Source: Mobula hypostoma (Eukaryota). From it: a stretch of DNA of 64,000 bases. Position 1 is the first letter of the stretch. Each line of letters opens with the position of its first letter. The stretch spans positions 88,786,001 to 88,850,000 of the forward strand of contig NC_086108.1 in NCBI RefSeq assembly GCF_963921235.1, given 5' to 3'. The notes under the pieces are model-generated. The model saw only the letters and a program-made list of their open reading frames with translations, was not told the origin of the DNA and ran no database searches. This document shows, in pieces, positions 38,757-51,824 of this stretch. Both the position numbers and the translations under genes were made by a program.

Positions 38757-39971
38757 TATTATTCTAATCTCTTTATTATATTTGCATGCCATAAATGAGT
38801 ACAGGTTAGTTGGTCACATGAGGGTTGGATTGGAAGGGCCAGTTACCGCATTGTTTCTCTTAAGAAATAGACCATTCTCCTTATACAAATGTTTGTAATT
38901 ATCTACTTAATTCCTCTCGTGTACAGCTCCATCTCTCTCTCTTAACAATCCTTTATAAATTCCATTGCTTGTCCAAATAGAGCAATTAGAAATTTAGCAA
39001 TTTTAGATGACTGGAGACATTATATATTAAAAGAATTAAGCAGTTCATATGATTCAGATGAATCAAATCTCTACACTTTGAAGTGCTTAATGTAATACAC
39101 AACTAATCTCAAGTAAAAATACGTCTAATGACCTTGTATGTCATCCTCAGCATTACAGGACTTGCAATTATTGCAACAAATTAAAACTAATTACAAATTA
39201 CTTCAAAGAGGCATGCCTGAAATTTTGCTATAAATTAAAAATAATTACGTTTTTCGGCATTGAACCAGGTTTCAACTTCTTACAATAGGCAGCCAGAAAG
39301 ATTTGAGTACTGGCGATTTGAATTTTTGTACTATGATTGTCATGTTTTGACATTATTCTTGCAGATATTCCGAGAGTAGCCTGTTGAGTTCTCAATCTGC
39401 ATTCCCAGCAATTGTGTCAAGTGTAGAGATTCACAGCAGACTGCACCTAGTGATAATACTCAAGCTAATGAGGGTTGCTGGGGATCAAACTGTTATAAGT
39501 GGCTACGAATGAATTTATGGACATAATTAGAATATAACTATCTGTCATGCACTGCATTTTTCCAGAGAAACTGTTTTGTTTTTAAAGAGCAAAACTTTCC
39601 GCGGTTTCTATTTCCTTCCTGCTTTAAGTAAATTAACTAGGTTGTGGTGAATTATATTCCCTGCCCCAGCTCCAACTCATTGGCTGATTCATTATTGTCA
39701 ATGCTCTGTTCATATAAATACCCCTAAACTATTCCATGTTCCCTAAACTGCACAAATACCATCCCTACTTTAGAGTTGGGATGTTAAAGGGAACCAGGGA
39801 GTCATTTTGATTAACTTATGAGAACTTATGAGACTATGTGTTGCACAATGGTTGCTTGAGTATGGTTATTTTCTGGAGTATTTACTGACGTTAACTTCTC
39901 CCAGCTGCATTGATAACTCTTCCAGTTCCTCTAAGTTTAGAAATGGAACATGTATCCCTCATGAATTAAAG

Positions 39972-40282
39972 GCAGATTAAAGGCATCCGTTAGTCTTGTG
40001 AGACCATGGATCTGTACCTGGAAAGTCTTCACTCTCCAGGGCACAGGCCTGGGCAAGGTTGTATGGAAGACCAGCAGCTGCCCATGCTGCAAGCATCCCC
40101 TCTCCACGACACCAATGTTGTCCAAGGGAAGGGCATTAGGACCCATACAGCTTGGCACCAGTGTCGTCGCTGAGCACTGTGTAATTAAGTGCCTTGCTCA
40201 AAGACACAACATGCTGCCTCGGCTGGGGCTCGAACTCTCGACCTTCAGATCGTTAGTCGAATGCCTTAACCATTTGGCCATG
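39972..40282 (-). mobile_element. tRNA-derived SINE (same family as 23684-23986) with 10-bp TSD
   Basis: TGAATTAAAG at 39962-39971 and 40283-40292; A and B boxes present. Confidence 0.82.
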
Positions 40283-41339
40283 TGAATTAAAGTGCTAAGA
40301 ATCAAGTCAATTCATTTATGATTGGAAAATCATCAGTCTGAAATGTTTACCAGTTCTTTCTTCAATTGCATTGCAGCATTTTCAATTTTTATTAACTGGT
40401 ATTTGCCTCTGGTCACTCCAAAGTCAATGTTGTTTTAAATCAAGAAGGACTGGAAATGACTCTGAGGCAATTGATTTTTGAACAGTCATTGAGCTCAGCA
40501 GAATGAGCCATTTAAACAATTAGAAAATGCTGATTTCATCACACGTTCTTTCAAATGACCCTCAACCACTTCACAGAGAAATGTTACTAGTGATCTATAA
40601 AAATGCTTGCCTTCTGAATTGTGCTGAATCTAATGCAATAGGTAATGCATTTTTAACAGAGCTCTACTAGTCGACTTTACGGACAAGCTGCTCAGAATGG
40701 GGGAAATTTAGTGAGATTGGAAACCTTGCTGAAAGATAGTTACTATTTGCTACTTCTAGGACAGTTACAGAGGAGTTCTTTTGGAATACATTTGTAGAAA
40801 GTAACCCTTGGGTGCTATGGTTCCAATCTCATTAATATGGATGTAGAGAGAGGCAAGTAGGCTCCCCCCATGTATGTTACAGAAGTATTCCACTGGCTGC
40901 AAAATGTGCAAAGTCAATACAGTATACTTCATTTTTTCAAGTAAACATACTTCAGCGTATGAATTCTAAAAGTTGACCTCAACTGAACCTGAAATGCTTC
41001 AATAAATTGTCTTTCACTGCTTTTCTGTGGTTTAGTATCATTGAATGATGTTAGCGGTTCACTTCATAGTATTAACACAGGAGATTCTGCTGGAAATCCA
41101 GAGTAGCACACATAGAATGCTGGAGGAACTCAGCAGGTCGGGCAACATCTATGGAGGGGAATAATGAGCTGATATTTCAGGTCAAGACACCTCATAGCTT
41201 TAATGTTTCAGCTACTAATGGGGAATTTTGATATGTAGTTTTATTGATAATTACAATTACTCCTAATCTAGTGCGTTGCAGTAGAATTAGGGGAGGTTAT
41301 AAGCATATAAGAGAGAGTAGGACGTAAGTAGGGAGTGGA

Positions 41340-42298
41340 ACCTGCTTCAAAAGGGCAACAGTTATACCAGTGGCCAAGAAGACTCGGGTGAGCTGCTTCA
41401 ATGACTATCGTCTAGTAGTACTCACATCTATGGTGATGGTGCTTTAAAAGGTGGGTTATGGCTGGAATGAACTCCTGCCTCAGCAAGGGCCTGGACCCAC
41501 TGCAGTTTGCATATCACCACAACAGGTCAACGGCAGGCGTGATCTCATCAGTTTTCTGGACAATACAAATACCTATGTCAGGATGTTGTTTATTGACTGC
41601 AGCTCAGTTTTTAACTGTAATGGTGTCTCAAAAATGCAGCGTCCATCATTAAGGACCCTCATCACCCAGCTCATAGCCTCTTCTCATTGCTACCATCAGG
41701 AAGGAGGTACAGGAGCTTGAAGGCACACACTCAATGATTCACGAACAGCTTCTTTCTCTCTGCCATCCGATTTCTGAATGGGCACTAAACCAATGAACGT
41801 GACCTCAATAGAAACTTAGAAACATAGAAAATAGGTGCAGGAGTAGGCCATTCGGCCCTTCGAGCCTGCACCGCCATTTATTATGATCATGGCTGATCAT
41901 CCAACTCAGAACCCCGCCCCAGCCTTCCCTCCATACCCGCTGACCCCCGTAGCCACAAGGGCCATATCTAATTCCCTCTAAAATATAGCCAATGAACTGG
42001 CCTCAACAGTTTCCTGTGGCAGAGAATTCCACAGATTCACCACTCTCTGTGTGAAGAAGTTTTTCCTAATCTCGGTCCTAAAAGGCTTCCCCTCTATCCT
42101 CAAACTGTGGCCCCTCGTTCTGGAATACGTTTTATTTCTTTTTTTTTAATGTACTACTTATTTAAATTAACTATTTAGTATATATATTCATACCGTAATT
42201 CAGATTTTTTCTATTATTATGCATTACATTGTACTGCTGCTGCAAAGTTAACAAATTTCACGACATATGCCGGTATTATTAATCCTGATTCTGATTCT
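41340..42298 (+). mobile_element. Deleted Rex1-like LINE with a young CR1 3' fragment nested at 41808-42124 (minus)
   Basis: LDPLQFAYHHNRS and MLFIDCSS remnants. 3' end matches 29470-29725. The insert is nearly identical to 48573-48889. Confidence 0.78.
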
Positions 42299-44286
42299 AA
42301 AACGATAAGACTGATCTGAGAGCTAGTGTGAACTCAATGGGCCAAATGTACTCCTTCAATATTGTAAGGAAATATGAAAAATGCATTTAAATATTTTCAC
42401 AAAATATTTTAAAACGAACCTGATAAGTTGTCAATTGAAAGAACTTTATATTTTACTCAAATTTTAAAAGTTTTATAGTATATTAGGCATAAACTCAACC
42501 ATTAGAATCTTGAACGAGAGGGGTAACTTAATTCGCCTCGTCACTGAACTGTACCCACAACCTGTGGACTCACTTTCAAGAATTCTTCATCTCATATTCC
42601 GATATTTATTGCTTATTTATTTTTTATTATTATTGTTATTATTTTTCTCTTTTGTATTTGCTTATTTTTTTTATCTTTTGCATGTTGGTTGTTTGGCCAT
42701 TCTATTGTGTGCAGTGTTTCATTGATTCTATCGCTTCTTGGATTTACCATGTATGCCTGCAAGAGAACGAATCTCAGATTTGTAAAGGTGATATATAGTC
42801 CTTCGATAATAAATTTACTTTGAACTCATTCAACAGAACAGAATTAAATTAATTTATTTTGACTATAACACAGGATCAGAATAACCTCAACACAGTATAG
42901 TAGTTTATTGAATGAACATTAAATCCAAAGTTATTAGTCATGATTAGATTCTGATTTAATTTAAATGCTGGGCTGATGGATTCCATGTCTTCAGGGTAAA
43001 CAGCTTGTTGTTGGCTGCTTTGCAGTTCTTGCGAAGTGCTCTAGTGCCATACAGTGGTAGAAAGAATGTTTACTGCTAACCTACTCTTTGTGCTATGGGC
43101 TAGAAGTTGTTCATGCTGGGAAAGGCAGACTGAATGCAATGCACAGTGGGCCAGCTAGTGTTGAATTAGTTATTAGTCTACTTGGTACTAATGGAAGAAG
43201 CCCACCCACCAATCAAAAAATCATTTGTTTACATGGCATTATACCTTGCGTGTTTAATGCAATGAAAGCCCTTTCCTCTGCTCACTGTACCTTTGTAGAG
43301 TAAGGGCCAGGTCGTGCAGAAGATGGTGAAGAGAAGCTCAAGGATGAGGAAGTAGAGAGTGATACCCGTGGGTGTGTGTGCAAGAGTAATGGTGAGACAA
43401 TGTGAGAAAGTTGAAGTTGAGTGGAAGTCGGGTGTCAGGGTCAGAGAGAGTTGCGTGAGGCTGTTCAGTTGGTTTAGGGGAGGCTGGGGGCAAGGAGGAG
43501 CCAGGGAAGTTTTGTCACTGAAAGGCAGGTTCCCAGGCTACACTGCATGGACAGGGGAGTGGCTAGGCTCCCTGAAGGTAACCTCGTATTCATTTAGAAA
43601 GCTGCTGCCACACAAATGCACGCGGGAGTGAATCCTGTGGAGGTGACATCCAGAGACATATTGTAACTTATTGCATGCCACTCTGCTCATGCACAATTGC
43701 CTCTGTGCGTGAGCACATCAGCGAACCCAGAGGAAACTCCCTAAGCTCGAGTTTGATGTACTATGTTGGTGATAGGTGAATGCAATTGGTTTTCTGACGA
43801 AGTTCCACCCTGAAACCTGTAGAAATGTTAAATGCTACAACAGGCCACAGTTGGAAGCTAGTCAGGAAACATCAACCCGCATGAGTGCCATTGCTCTGAT
43901 AGCTACTTAACAAGCACTATACTGTAAAGGATTTTATAGAGAGAGAAGCGATTTGACTCCTTTGCCTGAAGGTAACGCAGTTATCAATCTCACAGCATGG
44001 TAAACCACAATGTAGAACAAACTAATTAAAAACAGATTGCTAAGGTGGCCTCCGAGACTGTTGCAAACATTTTACAAACTTCTGCTCGAAGAAATCGTGC
44101 AGTGCAGGAAATCAAGCCTTGAATCGACCTTAAAGATAAGTAGCTGAAGTGGTTTCTTTTGATTTGTTTACACTAGCCTGATGTAGAGGAACTATTTTTA
44201 TTGCACAAGGAGTCTATGATCATGGCATAAAAGTTATAGCTAAGTCACTTAAGAGTGAAATTAACAAAACAAGTTAACACACAAAT

Positions 44287-44380
44287 GTCCTGACGAAGGG
44301 TCTTGGTCCAAAACATTGGTTCTTTATTCTTCTCCATAGATGCTGCCTGATCTGCTGAGTTCCTCCAGATTTTCTGTGTG
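44287..44380 (+). mobile_element. Penelope-derived short module with degenerate hammerhead
   Basis: GTCCTGACGAAGGGTCTTGGTCCAAAACATTG followed by the ATAGATGCTGCCTGATCTGCTGAGTTCCTCCAG body. Confidence 0.7.
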
Positions 44381-45892
44381 ACTCTACACACATAGGCTGC
44401 CCCAATACTTCCTCCCTCTCTCCACTGACTTTCAGTAGCACCTGTCACTTGTGTGCTTAGACCAAGTTTAGCTCAGGATTGCTACAGAAGGGAGCTCTTT
44501 TAATCAGTTGCGTCATGCAGTCCTGCAGGGGCAAATTACTTCATAAATCTATTCTCTGATCAGAGCAGATATAGTCTATCTACAGAAAATGGTGCAAGCA
44601 TCTTGAGAGAGAGAGAGAGAGAAAAAAATCACATATAAGCATTCAAACATTGTAAATATTCCAAATCATATATAAAATTTGTTAAGAAAAAATTGTTTTC
44701 AAACGGAAAAGGTATGTGTTTGATGAGTGTGATAACTGAAGTATGCACTTAATTTTAACCAGGCAGTGAGTTGGCTGCACTCATTCCAAACATGTCATCA
44801 GGAAAGCTATTTGAATGACTGCATTACTTGATATATTTGTGCAGCTACTAGAATTGGTTGTACAGTACTTGTCAATGTTTAAATATAGGAGCAGAATTTG
44901 ACATATTTTCCATATTAATCATTTTAATTTCAGTGCTTCCTGTTATTGAGAAAGTCACAAAAGAAATGGAAAGTAGGAACTTTATATTAATGGAAAGCCA
45001 GTTAGTTGAAACACCCTCTTCAGTGTGATTCATATTTATCTCACAATGGACATAACATTCTGTCAATGGGTTAAAGGAACATTTTAACCTTCAAATATGC
45101 TATCAAACAGAACATGGTCTAATTTTATCCTTGGAAGACCAAAACACATTCTGCAATACTTCTCAAATAATAAACTTCATTACTCAAGGCAACTTACTTC
45201 TTTTTAATTTGCAGATTCAGGACCCTAATGCCATTTAATATTGATAGCAACATGTGTTATTTTATCCCTTTTTGTAATAGCAACCTTCAGTAACTTTCAG
45301 CCTTGTATAACTAAGCTGCAAAGGAATTCAAACTATCTTCTGTAGCAGCTACGGCTGAATAATCCTCTGCTTCCTGAAAACACATCCAGAGAAATGAAGC
45401 AACAAGAGGCTTGCAATCTAGGACAAGGTTAGATATCCTGCAGCTTGCTGCGACCACTGGGCAGGAGTGCTGCATCTAAACATACTCATTATCATCACTT
45501 TTTACCGTTAACTCACGCTTGGAAATCATACATTTTCTAGCACATGGATTAAACTAATAGGGTAAATGTAAAGCATTCAATCATTCTTTGCTATACTGTT
45601 CCATTGTGCAGTGTACAATACATTTGAAAGGAATTAATAGCATGCTATCTGTAGTATTAGAGCCACTGGAGAGTACTCCCTATTAAAGATGAGCAGAGTC
45701 CATGACAGGGTAGAGAATAGATGGACTATGCCTGACTGATGGGATAACTTTACATTCCTTGAGCAAGATTGCTTTTTATCAGCCTTGTGCATATATGGGT
45801 TATGTTGCTAAGCTTTATGTTTTAAAACAAAGAAATAACTGTCAGATTGAACCACTCTGGTCCATGAAATTTAATACATCTATTTTCATTTT

Positions 45893-46775
45893 AGAACGTA
45901 GAACATAGAGCCCTGTACAGGCCCTTTGGTCGATTATATTGTGCCAACTTTTTAACCTACTCCAAGGTCAATCAGCTGCTTCCCTCCCACATGTTTCTTT
46001 CACCTTTCACCCGTGTGCCTGTCTAAGAGTGTCTTAAATGTCCCTAATGTGTCTGTCTTTACCATCATTGCTGGCAACGCATTCCATGCACCCACCACTC
46101 TCCGTGTAAAAAACCTGCCTCTGACATCCCCCCTATACATTTCTCCAATCCCTTTAAAATTACCTCCTCTCGTATTAGCAATTTCTGCCCTGTAAAAAAA
46201 AGGCACTGGCTGTCTACTCAATCTACGTCTTTTACCATCTGATACACATCTATCAAGTCATTGCTCATTCTTCTCCACTCCAAATTGAAAAGCCCTAGCT
46301 TGGTCAGCCTTTCTTCATGATAAGCACTCTCTAATGTACATAGCATTGTGGTAAATCTTCTCTACACCCTCTCTAAAGCTTCCACATCCTTCCTATAATG
46401 AGGTGACCAGAACTGAACACAATTTTGCCAGAGTGGTCTAACCATAGTTTTATACAGCTGCAACATTACCTTATGGCTCTTTTACTCAACTGCCTAACTA
46501 ATGAAGGCCAACACACCACGTGCCTTCTTAACTACCCTATCAACTTGTGCTGCAACTTTGAGGGATCTGTGGCTGTGGACTCCAAGACCCCTCTGTTCCT
46601 CCACACTGTTAAAAATCCTGTACTCTGCCTTCAAGTTCAACCTTCTGAAGCGAATCACTTCATACCTCTCCAGATAGAACTCCATCTACTACCTCTCAGC
46701 CCAGCTTTGCACCCTATCAATGTCCCATTGTAACCTGTGACAACTTCTACACAATCCAAGCATCACCAACTTTCA
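45893..46775 (-). mobile_element. CR1 LINE 3' fragment
   Basis: ORF remnants VEEQRGLGVH..VDRVVKKA and RFFTRRVVGAWNALP. Confidence 0.8.
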
Positions 46776-47047
46776 TATTTTACTTCCAGAGAAACTAAGT
46801 ATTCTAAATAAAGGCAAAACTATATGTTAAGCTTGAACCATCATTGTGGAATGGCCCAATTTTGCTAATGCCATCAGAAGTAATATTGGGTAGAGGGTAA
46901 AATCAGCACACGACTCCCCAGCCCGCTATATAAAAGGAATATGGGCGGAAGGGCCTGTACTGAGCAGTCTTGTTAAATGTTCTACATTGAAGTGGAATTT
47001 CCGTTTTAGTAATAGAATTACAAGCTGCACTCATAAATTTAGCTTAC

Positions 47048-47178
47048 CGGAGAATCTTTTGTTCCATTTGCTTGGATTGGTGCTGGTCTTCCAGATGCTG
47101 CTTTCTTATTGCCTCTTGTTCTTGAGGAGTGATGTTGGCCACTCCTTCCAGAAGCCATTGTTCTCTCAAAGTCTTTGA
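47048..47178 (-). CDS. PALMD: PALMD exon (SKTLREQWLLEGVAN...QMEQKILR)
   Basis: AACAG| and CCG|GTAAGC, 131 bp, phase 0 to 2. Paralemmin motif LRE.WLL.G. Confidence 0.93.
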
Positions 47179-48130
47179 CTGTTCAGAACAGCACAGTGTT
47201 AGAAATTTCCAGTATTAGCACAATGCATTTTATTGTTTTCATTCAGTAATTTTCCAACGAAGTTTGGCTTCATTCTGAGGTCACCATGAGTAATAGCCAC
47301 TGGTCTAGAAGGTGAAAGCATGTAGGAGGAGGAGTAATTCACCTGCACATTTAGTAAGATCATAAGAGACTGGATTTTCATCTCAGCTCTTTTTCTAATC
47401 TACCTTTCGTTAACTTTCACTCCCTTATTTATCAAGAATCTATTTCTGCTTTTAAGAAGATTCAAAGACTCTGCTTGAGGAAGAGAATTCCATGTAATCA
47501 TGATGCTGTGAGGGGACATATTGTTGCAGTCTCACTGCATGAAGTTGGAGACCTCCTATTTTTAAACAGTGAACTCATAGCCTGGATTCTCCACCAGAAG
47601 AGACACCCTCTCCATGTCCACCCTGTCAGAACTCCTCTGGGTCTTATATTTCTGAATTAAATCTTCCTGCATTCTGACTGATAAGAGGAGTCGTCTTCAT
47701 TTCTGTTACTCTATCCTTTCATGCCATTGGAAGTACAAAATCCTCCTCCAGCCTTGATTTTCTTTATGTTGCATGGACAAAACGTTTTTCAACCGGAGGA
47801 AGAGCAATGTCAGATTAATAATAACTGATATTTATTGAGGCAGCTTCATACAGGATTCACAGTGATCAGAAAGTCTGATAGATACCTTTATTTTATTTTG
47901 GCCAATCTATAAACCAGATCAATGTTGATCTGAACTGATTGATAAACAAAATCACTAATAACAGTGTGAACGACCAGATCAATTAACTGAACAGAAAGTC
48001 CAAACTGAATCTATCTGTTCAAATTTCATTGTAATTGAATTAATCTTTAATGCTTCATTGTATATAATGTTCTTCATATATTTATCCATTCCTCCATGGA
48101 CAAAAACAGAACATTTACTAACTGCTGTAC

Positions 48131-48211
48131 CTTTAAGTGCTTAAGCTTCAGCTTCTCCTCATCCACTTCAAACCGTTGTCTTGTGATTTTCTCCTGGACT
48201 TTCCTTTTTTC
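48131..48211 (-). CDS. PALMD: PALMD exon (EKRKVQEKITRQRFEVDEEKLKLKHLK)
   Basis: GGCAG| and AAG|GTACAG, 81 bp, phase 0-0. Similar to mammalian DKRKIQEEISQKRLKIEEDKLKHQHLK. Confidence 0.93.
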
Positions 48212-48572
48212 CTGCCAAGTTAGAATTGAAATGTGAGAATGCTGTCCAGCCATTTTAATTAGTTTTCTAATGCTACTTGGTAAAGTTGTGCATATCGAAG
48301 ATGGACGCCTTTCCTCACTGAATAATGTAACATTCCATAGTGTAATCATATACAGGTATATTAATTATTATCCCTTTTCACTGTTTAGTATCACTCTTTA
48401 CTTGGAAACTATACAATCTCTAGCACCAATGAATTAAACTAACTGGGTAACTGTAAAATTTCAGTCAATTTTTTCTGTATTATCTCACTATGAAGTGCAT
48501 AATGCCTGATATTGTGGCTGTATTCTGTCATTAAAATTATTTTAATTTGATGTATAAAACTGATTTTATTAT

Positions 48573-51535
48573 ATAGAAACATAGAAACATAGAAAATAGG
48601 TGCAGGGGTAGGCCATTCGGCCCTTCGAGCCTGCACCGCCATTTATTATGATCATGGCTGATCATCCAACTCAGAACCCCGCCCCAGCCTTCCCTCCATA
48701 CCCCCTGACCCCTGTAGCCACAAGGGCCATATCTAACTTCCTCTTAAACACAGCCAATGAACCGGCCTCAACAGTTTGCTGTGGCAGAGAATTCCACAGA
48801 TTCACCACTCTCTGTGTGAAGAAGTTTTTCCTAATCTCGGTCCTAAAAGGCTTCCCCTCTATCCTCAAACTGTGACCCCTCGTTCTGGACCTCCCCAACA
48901 TCGGGAACAATCTTCCCGCATCTAGCCTGTCCAATCCCTTTAGGATCTTATACGTTTCAATCAGATCCCCCCTCAATCTTCTAAATTCCAACGAGTACAA
49001 GCCCAGTTCATCCAGTCTTTCTTCATATGAAAGACCTGCCATCCCAGGAATCAATCTGGTGAACCTTCTTTGTACTCCCTCTATGGCAAAGATGTCTTTC
49101 CTCAGATTAGGGGACCAAAACTGCACACAATACTCCGGGTGTGGTCTCACCAAGGCCTTGTACAACTGCAGTAGTACCTCCCTGCTCCTGTACTCGAATC
49201 CTCTCGCTATAAATGCCAGCATACCGTTCGCCTTTTTCACCGCCTGCTGTACCTGCATGCCCACTTTCAATGACTGGTGTATAATGACACCCAGGTCTCG
49301 TTGCACCTCCCCTTTTCCTAATCGGCCACCATTCAGATAATAATCTGTTTTCCTATTTTTGCCACCAAAGTGGATAACTTCACATTTATCCACATTAAAT
49401 TGCATCTGCCATGAGTTTGCCCACTCACCCAACCTATCCAAGTCACCCTGCATCCTCTTAGCATCCTCCTCACTGCTAACACTGCCACCCAGCTTCGTGT
49501 CATCCGCAAACTTGGAGATGCTGCATTTAATTCCCTCATCCAAGTCATTAATATATATTGTAAACAACTGGGGTCCCAGCACTGAGCCTTGCGGTACCCC
49601 ACTAGTCACCGCCTGCCATTCTGAAAAGGTCCCGTTTATTCCCACTCTTTGCTTCCTGTCTGCTAACCAATTCTCCACCCACACCAATACCTTACCCCCA
49701 ATATCGTGTGCTTTAAGTTTGCACACTAATCTCCTGTGTGGGACCTTGTCAAAAGCCTTTTGAAAATCCAAATATACCACATCCACTGGTTCTCCCCTAT
49801 CCACTCTACTAGTTACATCCTCAAAAAATTCTATGAGATTCGTCAGACATGATTTTCCTTTCACAAATCCATGCTGACTTTGTCCGATCATTTCACCGCT
49901 TTCCAAATGTGCTGTTATCACATCCTTGATAACTGACTCCAGCAGTTTCCCCACCACCGACGTTAGGCTAACCGGCCTATAATTCCCCGGTTTCTCTCTC
50001 CCTCCTTTTTTAAAAAGTGGGGTTACATTAGCCACCCTCCAATCCTCAGGAACTAGTCCAGAATCTAACGAGTTTTGAAAAATTATCACTAATGCATCCA
50101 CTATTTCTTGGGCTACTTCCTTAAGCACTCTGAGATGCAGACCATCTGGCCCTGGGGATTTATCTGCCTTCAATCCCTTCAATTTACCTAACACCACTTC
50201 CCTACTAACATGTATTTCACTCAGTTCCTCCATCTCACTGGACCCTCTGTCCCTTACTATTTCTGGAAGATTATTTATGTCCTCCTTAGTGAAGACAGAA
50301 CCAAAGTAATTATTCAATTGGTCTGCCATGTCCTTGCTCCCCATAATCAATTCACCTGTTTCTGTCTGCAGGGGACCTACATTTGTCTTTATCAGTCTTT
50401 TCCTTTTTACATATCTATAAAAGCTTTTACAGTCCGTTTTTATGTTCTCTGCCAGTTTTCTCTCATAATCTTTTTTCCCCTTCCTAATTAAGCCCTTTGT
50501 CCTCCTCTGCTGAACTCTGAATTTCTCCCAGTCCTCAGGTGAGCCACTTTCTCTGGCTAATTTGTATGCTACTTCTTTGGAATTGATACTATCCCTAATT
50601 TCTCTTGTCAGCCACGGGTGCACTACCTTCCTTGATTTATTCTTTTGCCAAACTGGGATGAACAATTGTTGTAGTTCATCCATGCAACCTTTAAATGCCT
50701 GCCATTGCATATCCACCGTCAATCCTTTAAGTGTCATTTGCCAGTCTATCTTAGCTAATTCACGACTCATACCTTCAAAGTTACCCCTCTTTAAGTTCAG
50801 AACCTTTGTTTCTGAATTAACTATGTCACTCTCCATGTTAATGAAGAATTCCACCATATTATGGTCACTCTTACCCAAGGGGCCTCTCACGACAAGATCG
50901 CTAATTAACCCTTCCTCATTGCTCAAAACCCAGTCCAGAATAGCCTGCTCTCTAGTCGGTTCCTCGACATGTTGGTTCAAAAAACCATCCCACATACATT
51001 CCAAGAAATCCTCTTCCTCAGCACCTTTACCAATTTGGTTCACCCAGTCTACATGTAGATTGAAGTCACCCATTATAACTGCTGTTCCTTTATTGCACAC
51101 ATTTCTAATTTCCTGTTTAATACCATCTCCGACCTCACTACTACTGTTAGGTGGCCTGTACACAACTCCCACCAGCGTCTTCTGCCCCTTAGTGTTACGC
51201 AGCTCTACCCATATCGATTCCACATCTTCCCGGCTTATGTCCTTCCTTTCTATTGCGTTAATCTCTTTTTTAACCAGCAACGCCACCCCACCTCCCCTTC
51301 CTTCATGTCTATCCCTCCTGAATATTGAATATCCCTGAATGTTGAGCTCCCATCCCTGGTCACCCTGGAGCCATGTCTCTGTGATCCCAACTATATCATA
51401 ATCATTAATAACAATCTGCACTTTCAATTCATCCACCTTATTACGAATGCTCCTTGCATTGACACATAAAGCCTTCAGGCGCTCTTTTACAACTCTCTTA
51501 GCCCTTTTTAATGCTTGCCCTGGATTTGTCGGCCT
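48573..51535 (-). mobile_element. Young CR1 LINE, 5'-truncated just upstream of the endonuclease domain
   Basis: (ATAGAAAC)n 3' repeat, 3' UTR and uninterrupted ORF2; no ORF1. The 5' boundary is approximate. Confidence 0.93.
48671..51436 (-). CDS. CR1 ORF2: APE endonuclease plus reverse transcriptase, 921 aa, no stops
   Basis: [50 protein letters not shown]. The frame stays open upstream (LCVNARSIRNK). Confidence 0.95.
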   Translation of the reverse strand: MDELKVQIVINDYDIVGITETWLQGDQGWELNIQGYSIFRRDRHEGRGGGVALLVKKEINAIERKDISREDVESIWVELRNTKGQKTLVGVVYRPPNSSSEVGDGIKQEIRNVCNKGTAVIMGDFNLHVDWVNQIGKGAEEEDFLECMWDGFLNQHVEEPTREQAILDWVLSNEEGLISDLVVRGPLGKSDHNMVEFFINMESDIVNSETKVLNLKRGNFEGMSRELAKIDWQMTLKGLTVDMQWQAFKGCMDELQQLFIPVWQKNKSRKVVHPWLTREIRDSINSKEVAYKLARESGSPEDWEKFRVQQRRTKGLIRKGKKDYERKLAENIKTDCKSFYRYVKRKRLIKTNVGPLQTETGELIMGSKDMADQLNNYFGSVFTKEDINNLPEIVRDRGSSEMEELSEIHVSREVVLGKLKGLKADKSPGPDGLHLRVLKEVAQEIVDALVIIFQNSLDSGLVPEDWRVANVTPLFKKGGREKPGNYRPVSLTSVVGKLLESVIKDVITAHLESGEMIGQSQHGFVKGKSCLTNLIEFFEDVTSRVDRGEPVDVVYLDFQKAFDKVPHRRLVCKLKAHDIGGKVLVWVENWLADRKQRVGINGTFSEWQAVTSGVPQGSVLGPQLFTIYINDLDEGIKCSISKFADDTKLGGSVSSEEDAKRMQGDLDRLGEWANSWQMQFNVDKCEVIHFGGKNRKTDYYLNGGRLGKGEVQRDLGVIIHQSLKVGMQVQQAVKKANGMLAFIARGFEYRSREVLLQLYKALVRPHPEYCVQFWSPNLRKDIFAIEGVQRRFTRLIPGMAGLSYEERLDELGLYSLEFRRLRGDLIETYKILKGLDRLDAGRLFPMLGRSRTRGHSLRIEGKPFRTEIRKNFFTQRVVNLWNSLPQQTVEAGSLAVFKRKLDMALVATGVRGYGGKAGAGF

Positions 51536-51824
51536 GTTTTGGTTTGTTTATCAACGTAACCATCTTGATTGTTTTTGAAGCTATCATTAGTGATGCTGTA
51601 TTATTCAGGAGGTGGGAGTCAGAGATTCTTGGTGTCTTACATGTTAAGAGATACGAAGAGAGCTGTCAGAACACACGCAGGGCAGGTTTCCATCGCAACG
51701 CTGCTCTTGTGGTCACATATCGATGTTGGATGCAGCTCAAATCCATTTATAGTGCACATAAGTTCAGTTTGCAAAGGAAACTGCTCAGTCACAGGTTTTG
51801 TAGTGGGGGATTACAGACGAATAC

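Noticed and set aside
44535..44605. Alternative PALMD exon ending ATGAA|GTAATT
   Set aside because: Weak donor and no other support.
49059..51338. Plus-strand ORFs (for example 258 aa at 50562-51338)
   Set aside because: Antisense shadows of CR1 ORF2.
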